DNA from: Malacoraja senta
Lineage: Eukaryota
DNA: 64,000 nucleotides
Assembly (NCBI GenBank): GCA_038087875.1
Contig: JAXLNO010000630.1
Coordinates: forward strand, 1-64,000
Reading direction: 5' to 3'
Each line of letters begins with the position of its first letter. The first letter of the stretch is position 1. Positions 12,690 through 25,624 of this stretch are shown one piece after another. Position numbers and translations under genes: made by a program. The notes below the pieces were generated by a model. It saw nothing but the letters and a program-made list of their open reading frames with translations. It did no database searches and was not told the origin of the DNA.

Positions 12690-15600
12690 GTCCCACGCAT
12701 CCATGTAATTGACCAGAGACTCTACTTGCCCATTCATCCAAGCTTTCTGCCAGCCACATGCATTTCCCTTCACTCTAACAGGAACATACAAGCACTTGGA
12801 CCCATGCCAGCACACTTTGAAAAAACACCCCACTTTTCGGATGTTCATTGTTCTTCAAATAACATACTCTAATTAACTTGAGCAAGTTCCTGTCCAATAC
12901 TTTTAAAGTTGGCCTTGCTCCATTTTCGAATTTTATCTCGTGGGTGCGTCCTGGCTATGTCAATAACTGTGAAACCTATTCGAATGAATGAACACTTTGC
13001 CATATGTGACAAGTCACAGTGAAATTATTTGCTTGCATCCCCAAGGTGTGCAATAGTCGCTCAATTTTTCGGCGCTGACAAAGTTACAATGTATCCTGCG
13101 GCAGGTCCACCTTTTTCCTCCGAAGAAGGGTCTCGATCCGGAAGGTCACCAAATGCTTCTCTCCAGAGATGCTGCCTGTCCCGCTGAGTTAATAGAGTAT
13201 TTTGTGTCTATCTCTTGCAGAGTTCACCTCTGCACAGCGGAGATGCCCATGGTCCAGAAATATATTCCCTACACCAACACCTCAGCCACATATCCACCTG
13301 CCTCACCAGCACTTTGCGCTGGACGTAATCCAGAGCTCACTACTCCAGAGGTCCTGTTTTTTCAGCCTCCCGAACTCCCTCCACTCATACTGCAGTGCAC
13401 CATTCATTTTCCTACCTATGCCATTGGTGCCAACTCACACAACGACGACCGGCAGCTCACCGTTCCCCTTGAAAATGTCATGTATCCGCTCCGAAACATC
13501 ATGGACTTTGGCACCGGAGAGACAATATACCATCCTTTAGTCTTGCCTGTTGCCGCAGAATCTCCAGCCTGAATCCCCAAATATAAAGTCACCTCCCACT
13601 ATAGCTCTCCTTGACGTTCCTCTGCCTTATTGTGCCTTGGTCCCGGGCTACGTACCACAGCCCTACCTGGAACTGCTGTTCAAACTTGATTTGCTGTTTC
13701 CTCGATAACATCGAAAACGGTGTATCTGTTTTGTAGGAGGACTGCCACAGTGGTCACCTGCACTCCGTGTTCATTTACATTGCTCTGTGTCACCCACCTT
13801 CGTTCCCGAGCCTTGGGCATGACCACTCCGCTGTACGTCTTGCCCAAGATGTTCTCAGGGCCGGATTTACGTATAAGCTTCACAAGCTTAAGCTTAGGGC
13901 CTCGAGATATAGGGGGCCTCGTCAGGGCCGGATTTACTTACAGGCGTCATAGGTTGCAGCCTAATGCGTCAAAATCTAGGGGCCACTGGCCAAGGTATCT
14001 TTTTCGCAGAGTAAAAAAAAATCCCGAGAAAAAAAAATGGAGCACTATCATCGTTTCCACTTTGACGGAAGTTACCCGAAATTCTGGTTCCGGCCGATGG
14101 AAGTGTTGGGGGGGAAATTGTGACCATCCGCGCCTGCGCAGTTGGGGGAAGCAGGTGACGCAGTAGCGACGCAAAATGACGCTGTCTCTCCGCGCGTGCG
14201 TAGAGGGGAGGGAGGGATAGAGAGGGGGGATGTGAGAGGGGGAAAGGGGGAGTTGAGACAGAGGGGGGAGAAAGGGAGGGGAGGGGGAGAGAGAGAGGGG
14301 GGAGAGGGACAGAGAGGGGGAAGGGGGAGGGGGAGAGAGAGATGGGGAGGGAATGAGAGGCGGAGGGAGAGGGATGGGGAAGGAGGAGGGGGGAGAGGGA
14401 AACGGGGATTATCTTTAATGAGATTGCAAAGTTAAGGTAGGTTTTCTCCTCCATATGAATAATATCAAACAATTGGAACTGCTTTCTTTTCCTTTATAAC
14501 AGTACTGAAAAATATGAATTCCATAGTTTGCAACTTTGATTTTGCATCATATCTTTAATGTGCACACACTAACACAGTCGAACAGTAACAGGCAATCAAA
14601 TCAACACACAAAACGTTTTCTAAAAAAAGGTTTATTTACTGCAAAAACTTACAGTATTTTATTTGCAGTGTTTGCATGCTCCTTTATAACATTTTACATA
14701 ACATTTTACAGTACAACTTGATTATTAAACAAGGACAGTTTCAATTCTTGATTTCAAAAAATGTATACAACAACGACCCCAATCATCTCATTACAACCAG
14801 TCATTACTCTTGACTCATCCAAAATTATTTCTGAAATATTGGTCATAAATTTGGTGGAAGAATGCTCCAAAATAAGGCTCAGAATGCACCAGCGAGCATC
14901 TAAAACCCCAGAGCGGGCCCTGGACCTCGGCCACAAGGGTCTTTGAGCTTCGCGCTTCTGTTGTACACTGCGTGCACTTATTTCACATAAATGTTTTGTA
15001 ATCCTGCCACACCACCCCCCTTTTGAAAAGCTTCGTACGGGCCTGGCTATAATATTTTTGACACTGTCATAGGCCTTTCTTACATATGCTGTCACAACGC
15101 ACTGTAGTCTCTAAACAACACTTCAGTAATTTTCCTTGACCTCCATGTCAGAATAATAGTGTTTTAAGATGAAAACTCGACACTAGCACTGGCAATAAAT
15201 AAAAAAAGCGCAGCTTTTCATCCCTTATCTCATTGGCCACGCTCGGCTGCACATCGGTGTCGTTCTGGTGAACTCTTCCATCATCCACTCATCGTGGGGG
15301 TGGGGGATTGGAAGGGGCCTCACAAGTGGCATAGCCTAGAGCCTCTCTTCATCTAAATCCGGCCCTGGATGTTCTCATTCTCCTGGAACGTCCAGAGGTC
15401 ATCCAACTGCAGATCCTGTTCCCCAACGCAACTGAGCCAAGAAAGAGCGAGAAGAAAATTACAACATACATAGTCAGGAGCAGATTTTATCTTATCCTCT
15501 TGTCCGCATCAGGATTACATTCTTGCCCCAGCCTCTTCACCAAAGGCTCCTGAACAAGAAACTCACGCTTACCCTCAACATAGCACTTCACCTCAACACG
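12690..15600 (-). mobile_element. Decayed CR1 5' region (ORF1 esterase-like and endonuclease remnants), interrupted by a hAT element
   Basis: Minus-strand VGTN-IGRK and LQNRYTV motifs typical of CR1 ORF1; the sequence resumes after the hAT TSD. Confidence 0.65.
13856..15367. mobile_element. Non-autonomous hAT DNA transposon (1.5 kb)
   Basis: TIR CAGGGCCGGATTTA / TAAATCCGGCCCTG; perfect 8-bp TSD GATGTTCT at 13848-13855 and 15368-15375; no transposase ORF. Confidence 0.93.
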
Positions 15601-15989
15601 GACGCCCCTAAGTTAGATAGAGCTCTAGGGGCTAGTGGTATCAGGGGATATCCGGAGAAGGCAGGCATGGGTTATTGATTGGGGACGATCAGCCGTGATC
15701 GCAATGAATGGCGGTACTGTCTCGAAGGGCCGAATGGCCTCCTCCTGCACCTATTTTCGATGTTTTTACGTTTCTAGTACACTGCTCCACTAGTCCTTGC
15801 CGTATTGATATCAGCTTCTTAATTAGCCAATATGGAAGCTCTGACCAATCCACTGGTTAACTTTCTGGTGTTCCGCCTCTCCGATTTGCTGGCCTTCAGC
15901 TGGCTCTACTATTCTGCCACTGACCTTTTAAATTCCCCCGCACTTTTCTCAGACTGAAAAGGAATGTCAGCACCTACTGTTCGTGCCCG

Positions 15990-16310
15990 AAGGGCATAAT
16001 TAAGCCATTCGGCCCATCAGGTCTACTCCCCCATTCAATCATGGCTGATCCATCTCTCCCTCATAACCCTATTATCCTGCCTTCTCCCCATAACCCCTGA
16101 CACCCGTACTAATCAAGAATCTATCTCTCCAGCTAGTACATGCCCAGTGCGTTCAAATGTTCATCATATGTTAACCCACACATTCGGGAGATAATTATTG
16201 TAAACCTTCCCTGGACCCTCTCCAGGGGCAGCACACGCTTCCTCAAATATGGTGACCAAAATTGCTCACATTACTCCAAATGCAGCCTGAACAGCGCCTT
16301 ATAGAGCGTC
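15990..16310 (-). mobile_element. CR1 3' fragment
   Basis: Reverse of the CR1 3' UTR (attcggccc...ccattcaatcatggctgatc) plus an ORF2 remnant. Confidence 0.7.
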
Positions 16311-18398
16311 AGCTAGTCACACTGATGCGCCATGAACATTTCAAATTCTCCCACGTTTGTTCTAGAGTGAAACAAGTTTAGTTTATGATGGTGGTTTAAA
16401 GATGCAGTCGTAACGTTTATTCTGCACTTTTCCAATTATATTCCCATATGTACTTGTGCATGGCTTTCTTGTTCTCATGTATAGTGTGGTTTGGAGACAC
16501 AAGGAACTGCAAACATTCGAATCTTGACCTGAACACGAAAGAGTGGAGACAGAGAAATTCAATATGTCAGGCAGTATGTCTGGAGGGAACGGACAGACTT
16601 TTAAGGTAATGATGTTTCTTCATACTAATTGGTCTAAAAAATGTTTACGACCAGAAACGTCGTCTGTGCATTCCATCCACAGATGCTATCTGACCCATTA
16701 AGGTTTCTCCAGCATTTTGTGTTCTGCTTTACTGCAATCAGACTGCAAAACTTCAAAATCTATTAATACTGATATAATATTTTTACAGGAGACGCATCTC
16801 AAAGATGGAGCTCAGAGCAGGCTGAAGGCTAACTGGATTGGCCAATTATATCACTCTACTTTTCTTTCCACAGCAAGAGGTACTGCAATTATAATTCGTA
16901 AAGGCACACCATTTAAACACAAACCCACGATAGCCGATAAGGATATCTGGGGAGCTACACTCAACCCCACTTACTATGGTGAATATCTATGCTCCTAATT
17001 TTGATAACCCACAATTCTTTAGTAAAATAATCAATATAATTTCAGACTTCAGCCAGCAAAAACTGATAATTGGAGGAGACTTTAATTGTGTATTGGACCT
17101 ATATTTGGACAAATCTTCACAGCAAAGGAGATACATTACAAAATCAAAATCCAGTGAACTCTTAAATACTTACATAAAAAACACAAACGTAACCGATGTA
17201 TGGAGGATTGCCAACCCATCTGGAAGAGAATATTATTTTTATTCAGGTGTTCACAAAACGTATAAACGAATTGATTATTTTCTGGTGGACGCAAAATTGA
17301 TCCATTTTACAATCAATCCTAAATATCATAACAACATCATTTCTGACCATTGTCCATTAACTTTCTCCTTAAAACTAGAAGGAATGCATAACAACAAATT
17401 GTTTTGGAGATTTAATCCACAAATATTAACTGAGCCAGGCTGCTGTGATTACCTGAAACAACAGATGGGGCTATTTTATGTGACAAACGACACACCTGGC
17501 ATTTCGGCTTCTTTATTGTGGGAATCAGAGGCGTCATTATTTCGTATCAAGCTTATCAAAACAAAAACAAGAAAAACAGTTCGGAACAATTGGAATTAGA
17601 AAAACAGATTAAACAGCTTGATTCATAAAACACGATTAATCTATCTACTGTTAGACATAATAAGATAACACCATTAAAATTCAAGTTAAATCAAATCCTC
17701 TCCGCAAAAGTTGTTGAGTTATTTCAATACACTAAGCAAAAAAAATTCGAATTTGGTGATAAACCGCATAAACTTCTGGCACGCCAGCTGAGAAAAATGG
17801 AAAAAAGATCACACCATTCAAAAAATCAGATCAGAGAAAGGTGAGCTGCTTACACTTCCTAAAGATATTAACGAAAGATTTCTAAAATTCTATCAACATT
17901 TATATGCATCTAAAACTTCAGCTTAATCCACAACGATCAAAAACTTTCTTGACAATTGCGATCTTTCATCAGTCAATGAGGTGGAATGAGAAGAATTAGG
18001 AGTGGAGATTACAGTAAAAGATATTGAAGAGACTATCAACTCACTGAATAATGGGAAACGCCAGGTCCAGATGGGTTCAGTAATGAATTCTATAAACATT
18101 TTCATGACTTAATTTCCCCACGCCTACGAGCCCTTTATATATACACTTTTAAAGAACAGACGTTACCACAAACCTTAGCCGAATCAACTATTACATTGAT
18201 ACGTAAAATAGACAAAAATCTTGAAGAGCCTGGATCATACAGACCAATAGCTCTTTTAAATACAGATCAGAAAATATTAGCTAAGACTTTGGCAAGAAGA
18301 CTAAGTTCGTACATTAGTAAACTACTACACTCAGACCAAACTGGGTTTATACCTAAGCGACATTCGTTTTATAATTTGAGACGTCTGTTTAATATAAT

Positions 18399-19595
18399 TT
18401 GACAAGGTTCCTCATGGAAGGTTGGTTAAGAAGATTCAATTGTTGGTTATTAATGGTGGAGTAGCAAGATGGATTCAACAGTGGTTGAATGGGAGATGCC
18501 AGAGAGTAATGGTGGATGGCTGTTTGTCAGGTTGGAGGCCGGTGACTAGTGGGGTGCCTCAGGGGTCTGTGTTGGGTCCACTGTTGTTTGTCATGTACAT
18601 CAATGATCTGGATGATGGTGTGGAAAATTGGATTAGTAAGTATGCAGATGATACTAAGATAGGTGGTGTTGTGGATAATGAAGTAGATTTTCAAAGTCTA
18701 CAGAGAGATTTAGGCCATTTGGAAGAGTGGGCTGAAAGATGGCAGATGGAGTTTAATGCTGACAAATGTGAGGTGCTACATCTCGGCAGGACAAATCAAA
18801 ATAGGACATACACGGTAAATGGTAGCGAATTGAGGAATGCAGTTGAACAGAGGGATCTAGGAATAACTGTGCATAGTTCCCTGAAGGTGGAATCTCATGT
18901 AGATAGGGTGGTAAAGAAAGCTTTTAGTGTGCTGGCCTTTATAAATCAGAGCATTGAATATAGAAGTTGGGATGTAATGTTAAAATTGTACAAGGCATTG
19001 GTGAGGCCAATTCTGGAGTATGGAGTACAATTTTGGTCGCCTAATTATAGGAAGGATGTCAACAAAATAGAGAGAGTACAGAGGAGATTTACTAGAATGT
19101 TGCCTGGGTTTCAGCAACTAAGTTACAGAGAAAGGTTGAACAAGTTAGGTCTTTATTCTTTGGAGCGCAGAAGGTTAAGAGGGGACTTGATAGAGGTCTT
19201 TAAAATTATGAGCGGGTTAGACAGAGTGGACGTGGATAAGCTTTTCCCATTGAGAGTAGGGAAGATTCAAACAAGGGGACATGACTTGAGAATTAAGGGA
19301 CAGAAGTTTAGGGGGAACATTAGGGGGAACTTCTTTACTCAGAGAGTGGTAGCTGTGTGGAATGAGCTTCCAGTGGAAGTGGTGGAGGCAGGTTCGATGT
19401 TATCCTTTAAAAATAGATTGGATGGGTATATGGACGGGAAACGAATGGAGGGTTATGGTCTGAGTGCAGGTAGATGGGACTAGGGGGAAGTATTTATTTT
19501 TAATTAAAAAAAAAAATTAAAAAAAATGTTCGGCACGGACTTGAAGGGCGGAGATGGCCTGTTTCCGTGCTGTTATGGTTATATGGTTATATGGT
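18399..19595 (+). mobile_element. Young 5'-truncated CR1 LINE inserted into the L1
   Basis: TATAAT duplicated at 18393-18398 and 19596-19601; (TATGGTTA)n tail; the L1 is collinear across the insertion. Confidence 0.95.
18422..19483 (+). CDS. CR1 ORF2 reverse transcriptase, C-terminal part (uninterrupted)
   Basis: SGVPQGSVLGP, YADDTK, LYSLERRRLRGDLIE and FFTQRVV motifs. Confidence 0.9.
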   Translation: MVKKIQLLVINGGVARWIQQWLNGRCQRVMVDGCLSGWRPVTSGVPQGSVLGPLLFVMYINDLDDGVENWISKYADDTKIGGVVDNEVDFQSLQRDLGHLEEWAERWQMEFNADKCEVLHLGRTNQNRTYTVNGSELRNAVEQRDLGITVHSSLKVESHVDRVVKKAFSVLAFINQSIEYRSWDVMLKLYKALVRPILEYGVQFWSPNYRKDVNKIERVQRRFTRMLPGFQQLSYRERLNKLGLYSLERRRLRGDLIEVFKIMSGLDRVDVDKLFPLRVGKIQTRGHDLRIKGQKFRGNIRGNFFTQRVVAVWNELPVEVVEAGSMLSFKNRLDGYMDGKRMEGYGLSAGRWD

Positions 19596-21420
19596 TATAA
19601 TGTACTCACACAGAACGATAAATGAAGACATAACCATTATTTTTTTAGACGCAGAAAAATCATTTGATCAAGTAGAGTGGGACTATCTCTTTACAGTGTT
19701 GGAAAACTTCCAACTAAGAGAAAATTTTATCTCACCGATAAAGTTGTTATATAACAATCCGACTGCCAGAATATTGACTAATCAAATTCTGTCACCTAAA
19801 TTTCAATTATCCTGGGGTAATAGACAAGGATGTCCTCTTTCACCAATGTTATTTGCCCTAGCCATAGAACCCTTAGCAGAATGTATAAGAGTACATCCGG
19901 GCATTCACGGATATGATACTAAACATACCAATAATAAGATGTCGTTATATGCAGACGATGTACTTTTATATGTTACCAACTCTCAAGTCAGTATCCCAAA
20001 TATATTAAACCTTATAGAACAAATCGGTTCCTTCTCAGGGTATAGAATACACTGGAATAAAAGTGAAATTATGCCAATAAATGCTCAAGACCTTTCACTT
20101 CTTAAAAAAAATCCCTTTAGAATTGTCACTGAAAAATGTAAATACCTTGGGGTTTATGTGACTAGAAAATATAACTATCTATTCCAAACAAATTTTCCAC
20201 CATTAATTACTAAATTAAATGCCCTTATTCAATTTTGGAAAACACTCCCTATTTCCCTTATAGGTAGAGTAAATGCCATAAAGATGATTTTCCTTCCACA
20301 ACTCCTATACCTATTTCAATCGATACTGATTTATCTCCCTAAAAGTTAAAAAAAAAAACTTGACTGTAATTACAAATTTTATTTGGGATTATAAAACCCA
20401 TAGAATTCACAAACGACACTAATGTAAATCTAAAGAAAATGGTGGATTTGCACTCCCCAATTTTCTTTTCTACTACTGGGCAACTAATATTAACAAATTA
20501 ATTTATTGGATGGATGATACATGTCAACAGGTAAACTGGTTAAAAATGGAGAGGGAAGACTGTTCGCCTTTTAATATAGGCGCGATTCTTCTTTCTCCTA
20601 TATGTCTGAATAAATCAACGTATGAGCAAAATCCGATAATCCAAAGCACCCTACGGATTTGGAAACAGTTGAACTCGTCTCAAACGGATAAATTCATCTC
20701 TCCTTTTACCAATCGCTAACAATCCCTCGTTTAAAGCGTCTACTTTAGATAAGGCGTTTGCACAATGGAAAAACACAGGAATCAAAACGCTGGGAGATCT
20801 TTACGAGGGGGATTTTCCTCTCGTTTGAAGAATTACAGGAGAAATATCATTTGAAAGCTAGTAATTTTTTTAGATATATTCAGATCCGAGACTATGTGAA
20901 AACACACACACAAGACTGTCATTCTATGGGCCCAGATATATTAGACGAATGCACGAATAGAAAGGCGGATACAAGTAAGTTAATATCCTACATTTACAAT
21001 ACCCTTTTAACTGCACACATCCCATCTTCTGAAATGCTTAGGCGAGCATGGGAAGAGGAATTGGGTTTACTAATCTCAAAGGATAGTTGAGAGGAAAGCC
21101 TTTTATACATATATTACTGCTCCCTTAATGTTAGGCACTCCCTGATACAATTTAAAATACTGCACAGTCTCTGCTATTCAAAGTCCAAATTGAACAAGAT
21201 CTTCCCAAATGTCTCTCCTATTTGTGATAAATGTCTCCTCCAAGAAGCGACTACAACCCATTCTTTTGCGTCCTGTACAAAGTTACAAAACTTCTGGAGG
21301 GGAATATTTGATACCTTTTCCAAAATACTTAAAATTAAATTGGACCCAGATATACAACTGATCATATTAGGTATGTCAGAGGCCTGCTCTAAGCTAACGA
21401 TGTTTCAAAGACGTTTCTTC

Positions 21421-22255
21421 GGAAGTGGCGGCGCCGTTGAACAGCTGCGGCTCGCCTGCAGTCCGTCTGTTTTTACTTTTGTTGTTGTTTTCTTTTGTCC
21501 TGTTTTAGTTAAATTTTAGTTTATTGGGTTGTGTATGTGTGTAGGGGGGGGGGGAGGGTGAAACACGATTTTTGTCTCTTCCTTCGGGGGAATACAACTT
21601 TTTCTTGTCGTATCCCTCTTCTCTGCCTCCGTCTGCGCTGAGGCCTAATGGCGGAGCTGGCGGCCTCCAACTGCGACCGACTTCGAGGCTCCGGAGGCAG
21701 AGCCAGGACTTACCAACGCGAGGCTGGCCGACTTCGGGGCTGCGGTGGCGTTCCGGCGGTGGCGACCAAAGACACTGGTGGCGACCTGAATCCGGGGTTC
21801 GGCCGCGGCTGGCCCAGTGGACGACATCGTCGGGAGCTCGCAGGTGACAGTTGGGTGACCTGCTTTTCTGGAGCTCCCGCAACTACAGCTGCGTCCGCTG
21901 GACTGGAGGGCGGCAGCTTCGACCACCCCGGGCCGCGGAGTTTGAACCGGCCCGTCGCGGAGCACGGATTCAGCCGCGGGACTGATTTACCATCACCCGG
22001 CGGGGTCACAACATCAGAAGCCTGGATCGCCTTAGCGCAGAGGGAGAACAAAGAGGGAAGAGACAGAGACTTTAAGACTTTTGCCTCCATCACAGTGAGG
22101 AGGTGCCTGGTGAACTCACTGTGGTGGATGTTAATTTGTGTTTATTGTGTGTTTTGTTATTTATTATTATATGTATGACTGAAGGCAACGAAATTTCGTT
22201 CAGACCGAAAGGTCTGAATGACAAATAAGGGAATCTAATCTAGTCTAATCTAATC
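21421..22255 (+). mobile_element. Non-coding, GC-rich non-autonomous retroelement (SINE-like, Rex1/RTE-X-type tail)
   Basis: TSD TTCTTC at 21415-21420 and 22256-22261; 3' hairpin followed by (TCTAA)n; related copy at 35697-36496. Confidence 0.8.
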
Positions 22256-23436
22256 TTCTTCAATTACAGCCTAATAATGGCAAAAAAAATAATACTTAAA
22301 TTTTGGAAACAGACAACCGTCCCCACAGTAAAGATGTGGATTACAGATATGTCCGAGATACTACATTTGGAAAACATTAGGCTTGTCTTGGCGGAAAAAA
22401 CAGATCAATTTCTTAAGACATGGATACCTTTTACTGATTTTTTACAACAACAGAATGGTTAAATACAAATTTTAATTTAAGTCCGATGCCATGATGGGTG
22501 AGGGTGGGGGGGGGGGAGGTAGGGGAGGTATATCTCCATCTTTTCTTTTCTTATTTCATGTTCTCTCTTCTGCACTGCTTTGGTAGCCTAGGGGTCTTTT
22601 TCATGCTCTTTCCATATTTCATCTCTTCATTACTTTTTTTTTCTTTTCTTTGTTTTCCTTTCGTTTTCTTTTTTTTAAATTTAGGTTATAAGGTTAAAAA
22701 TGAACATGTACAATAATTGTATACTTGTTATGCCGATCGCCTTGTACAATTGCTGCTAATAAAAATTAAAAATAAAAATGAAAAACAAACTGTAAAACAT
22801 GCATTTTGAACCTCGGTTCGCCCGTCAAAAATAAACCGATAACGGTACCACTTCTAATAGCCTGTCCATATTAATTTGAAGACTTTAAACACACTTCGCA
22901 TTACAAATGTCAGAATTGCTCCGAGCTCCTGAAATCCCGGGTTACTAATAATTGTCAAGTGTGGTTGCACTGAAGATAAATGTTATGTCACTGTATCTCC
23001 GTCCGTCCCGCCGGGCAAGATTCGCATGTTGGAGGCGATCACGAGCAGACAGAAGCCAAATATCTGCACCCATTATAATCACCACCTTGATCGTCTACTG
23101 TGGAGAAGCCGAGATGAATATTCAAAAAATATTCGAGGGGAATTTAAATTAGGCATGTACTCTGACTACCCTTTATCAGTGTGTAGGAAGGAATTGGAGA
23201 TACTGGTTACAACCGAAGATAGACACAAAAAGCTGCAGTAACTCAGCGGTAAGGGTCTCGACCCGAATGGTCACGTATTCCTTTTCTCCAGAGATGCTGC
23301 CTGCCCCGTTGAGTTAATCCAGCTTGTTGTGTTTAAACCAGCACCTGCAATTCGTCCGATAGCATTGAACATTACCTGCTAAAGTATCACGGATCAGCTC
23401 TGAGGCGTTAAGAAAAAGAGATTTAAGTTAAGAATT

Positions 23437-23825
23437 GGGGGTGACGCAACGGTAGATTGCTGCCTTACAGCCCCTGAGACCAGAGTTTGATTCTCACTAC
23501 GGGTGTTGTCTTCATGGAATGTTTACGTTCTCCCTGTGACCTTCGTAGTTTTTCTCAGGGTGCTCCTGTTTCTTCCCACATTCCAAAGACGTACAGGTTT
23601 GTTTGGTAAAATTGTGAATTGTCCTTAGTGCGTGCAGGATAGTGTTATTATGCGGAGATGGCTGGTCTACGCGTACTCTGTGGACTTAACGGTCTGTTTC
23701 CGCGCTGTTTGACTAAAGTAAGCTAAACTAAACTAAACCAACCTAACCTACACTAAACTAAACTAAACCAAACTGAACTAAACTAAACTAAACTAAACTA
23801 AGCTAAACTAAACTAAACCAAACTA
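23437..23825 (+). mobile_element. tRNA-derived V-SINE (HE1-like)
   Basis: Degenerate A/B boxes, V-domain-like core (ttctccctgtgacc...cccacattccaaagac), CR1-like tail and (CTAAA)n. Confidence 0.8.
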
Positions 23826-24256
23826 ATACCGGCTCAGAATTCGGTTCAATGAAAACTCAGAAACATAGTGAAAGGGCTTGCTTTCGTCTCTGCATTTACA
23901 CTTTGCCCTGATTTTCATTTTCCTGTGAGTTAACAGTTGAGATCACCGAAAATGAAATATAAACTAAAATACAAGAAATGCATCATCGTTTTAGCTATCT
24001 GACTACACGAAACTGAAACCGGTTAAATGGGCTTAACATCATCGCTTTATCAATTCCACAACATCTTAGTCTTCGTCCAGTCCGGGAAAAGGCTGACTCG
24101 ATCAAATGCGTATATTTGACATGTTTATTTTAAACTAACTACTTTATTTTCAACAGGACGAATGATCCAGCAATAATGAGTGTGTTGACGTGGTTGTAAC
24201 GTTGTTCAGGAGCTAATGATCAACGGCATGGATTTGTCAGGGGAGTTACTATCTCC

Positions 24257-24264
24257 TATATAAA
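24257..24264 (+). promoter_or_regulatory. Putative TATA box of the GPCR gene
   Basis: TATATAAA about 70 bp upstream of the exon 1 ATG. Confidence 0.5.
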
Positions 24265-24331
24265 GCATGAATCATTGGAATGCACCTGATCAGAGAGTTC
24301 GCCGGAGCTGTCGCCGAGGCTTCTCCTAAGA

Positions 24332-24401
24332 ATGGCATTAGCACCAATCATGCGCATCGAGCGTATTTATTATCCCATCATTTCAGCAATCGGAATTCCG
24401 A
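24332..24401 (+). CDS. GPR139-like exon 1 (N-terminus and start of TM1)
   Basis: ATG, 23 codons plus 1 nt, then donor GTAAGT at 24402; phase 1 matches exon 2. Confidence 0.85.
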
Positions 24402-25004
24402 GTAAGTCGCTGGCTGCAAGGTCGATGATATAGATTAGTTTACTGCGCGGAATACGTGAAACCCTTTGGGTCGCTCAATCTGTTTGCAATGTGGAATTTC
24501 TTTCTTGCAACAATATCGTTTCTTCTCGCATCTCTTTTGTTGAATAAAACCCCGTCCTCAGACAGAATAGTTCCCCGCTCCGCATTAACTTCAGTTCGGT
24601 GTTTGGACCATGGGTGGACGCAGCACATCGGCGTCTGAAAGTTAGAATATTTTATTTCGAACAAGAAATGATGTGAAGTACTGGAATAACTCAGCCGGTC
24701 GGGATCTCTGGAAAAAAAGGATAGGTGACTTTTCCCATCGGGACCGTTCTTCATCCTTTTGTGTGAAACCAGTCTATGCAGCCCCCCGTTTCTATATTCT
24801 CTCTTTTCCAATAGACTGCCTGGCCTGCCGTCGTGTTTACAATTTTCTGTTTTATTTTACCAGTTTCTTGTTTTGCAATTTAATCCCCATCACCGTTTGT
24901 CTTTGCTGTGCTGAAATTGCGTTCGTTACTTTCGTTGACTGATAATTTGTTGATGAATATCATGGAAAGACGTGGTATGGAAATATATAAGAATATATAT
25001 TAAG

Positions 25005-25300
25005 AATAAGGAGTAAGCCATTTAGAACGGAGACGAGGATACACATTTTCTCACAGAGAGTGGTGAGTGTGGAATTCTCTGCTTCAGAGGGCGGTGGGGG
25101 CAGGTTCTCTGGATGCTTTCAAGAGAGAGCTAGATAGGGCTCTTAAAATAGCGGAATCAGGGGATATGGGGAGAAGGCAGGAACGGGGTACTGATTGGGG
25201 ATGATCACCCATCATCACCTTGAATGGCGGTGCTGGCTCGAAGGGCCGAATAGCCTACTCCTGCACCTATTGTCTATTGTCTATTGTCTATTGTTTATAT
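25005..25300 (+). mobile_element. CR1 3' end (intronic)
   Basis: cagagagtggtgagt..tggaattctctg, gggccgaat 3' UTR and (CTATTGT)n tail. Confidence 0.8.
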
Positions 25301-25624
25301 TTTCCATGTTAGGATTGTGCTGTACCTGGAGAGGAAGAGAAAAAGTATTTCTGAACTGTTGTCGAAGACCTTCTTGGCGATAGGGGTCGGGCATGTGAGT
25401 GGTATTAATGGCATAACCTGGATTAGTAAAATATATGCATTTTGCAGTTCGCACACACTGGAGCCACTGTGGGCTGATGGGGACATATGTTTAGAGTGAA
25501 AACGTTTGGTGTTAGACACCCATCTAGCGTCAGGATGCTACCAGACTCTGAGCGTTGTTGGACATGTGGTCATTCAGGCAAGTGAAAGACATTAAGTCAC
25601 GATGATGAGGTATGCCTTGTTAGT

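Larger units (their letters stand above)
16752..22788 (+). mobile_element. L1-clade LINE, 5'-truncated in the endonuclease, with two nested insertions
   Basis: ORF2 fragments (QETH, RIDY, SDH, QGCPLSP, YADD) and A-rich tail; possible TSD actgcaaaac / actgtaaaac. Confidence 0.93.

Noticed and set aside
21505..22178. Overlapping GC-rich ORFs
   Set aside because: They are open on both strands because of GC content, have no recognisable domain, and the frames are not preserved in the second copy.
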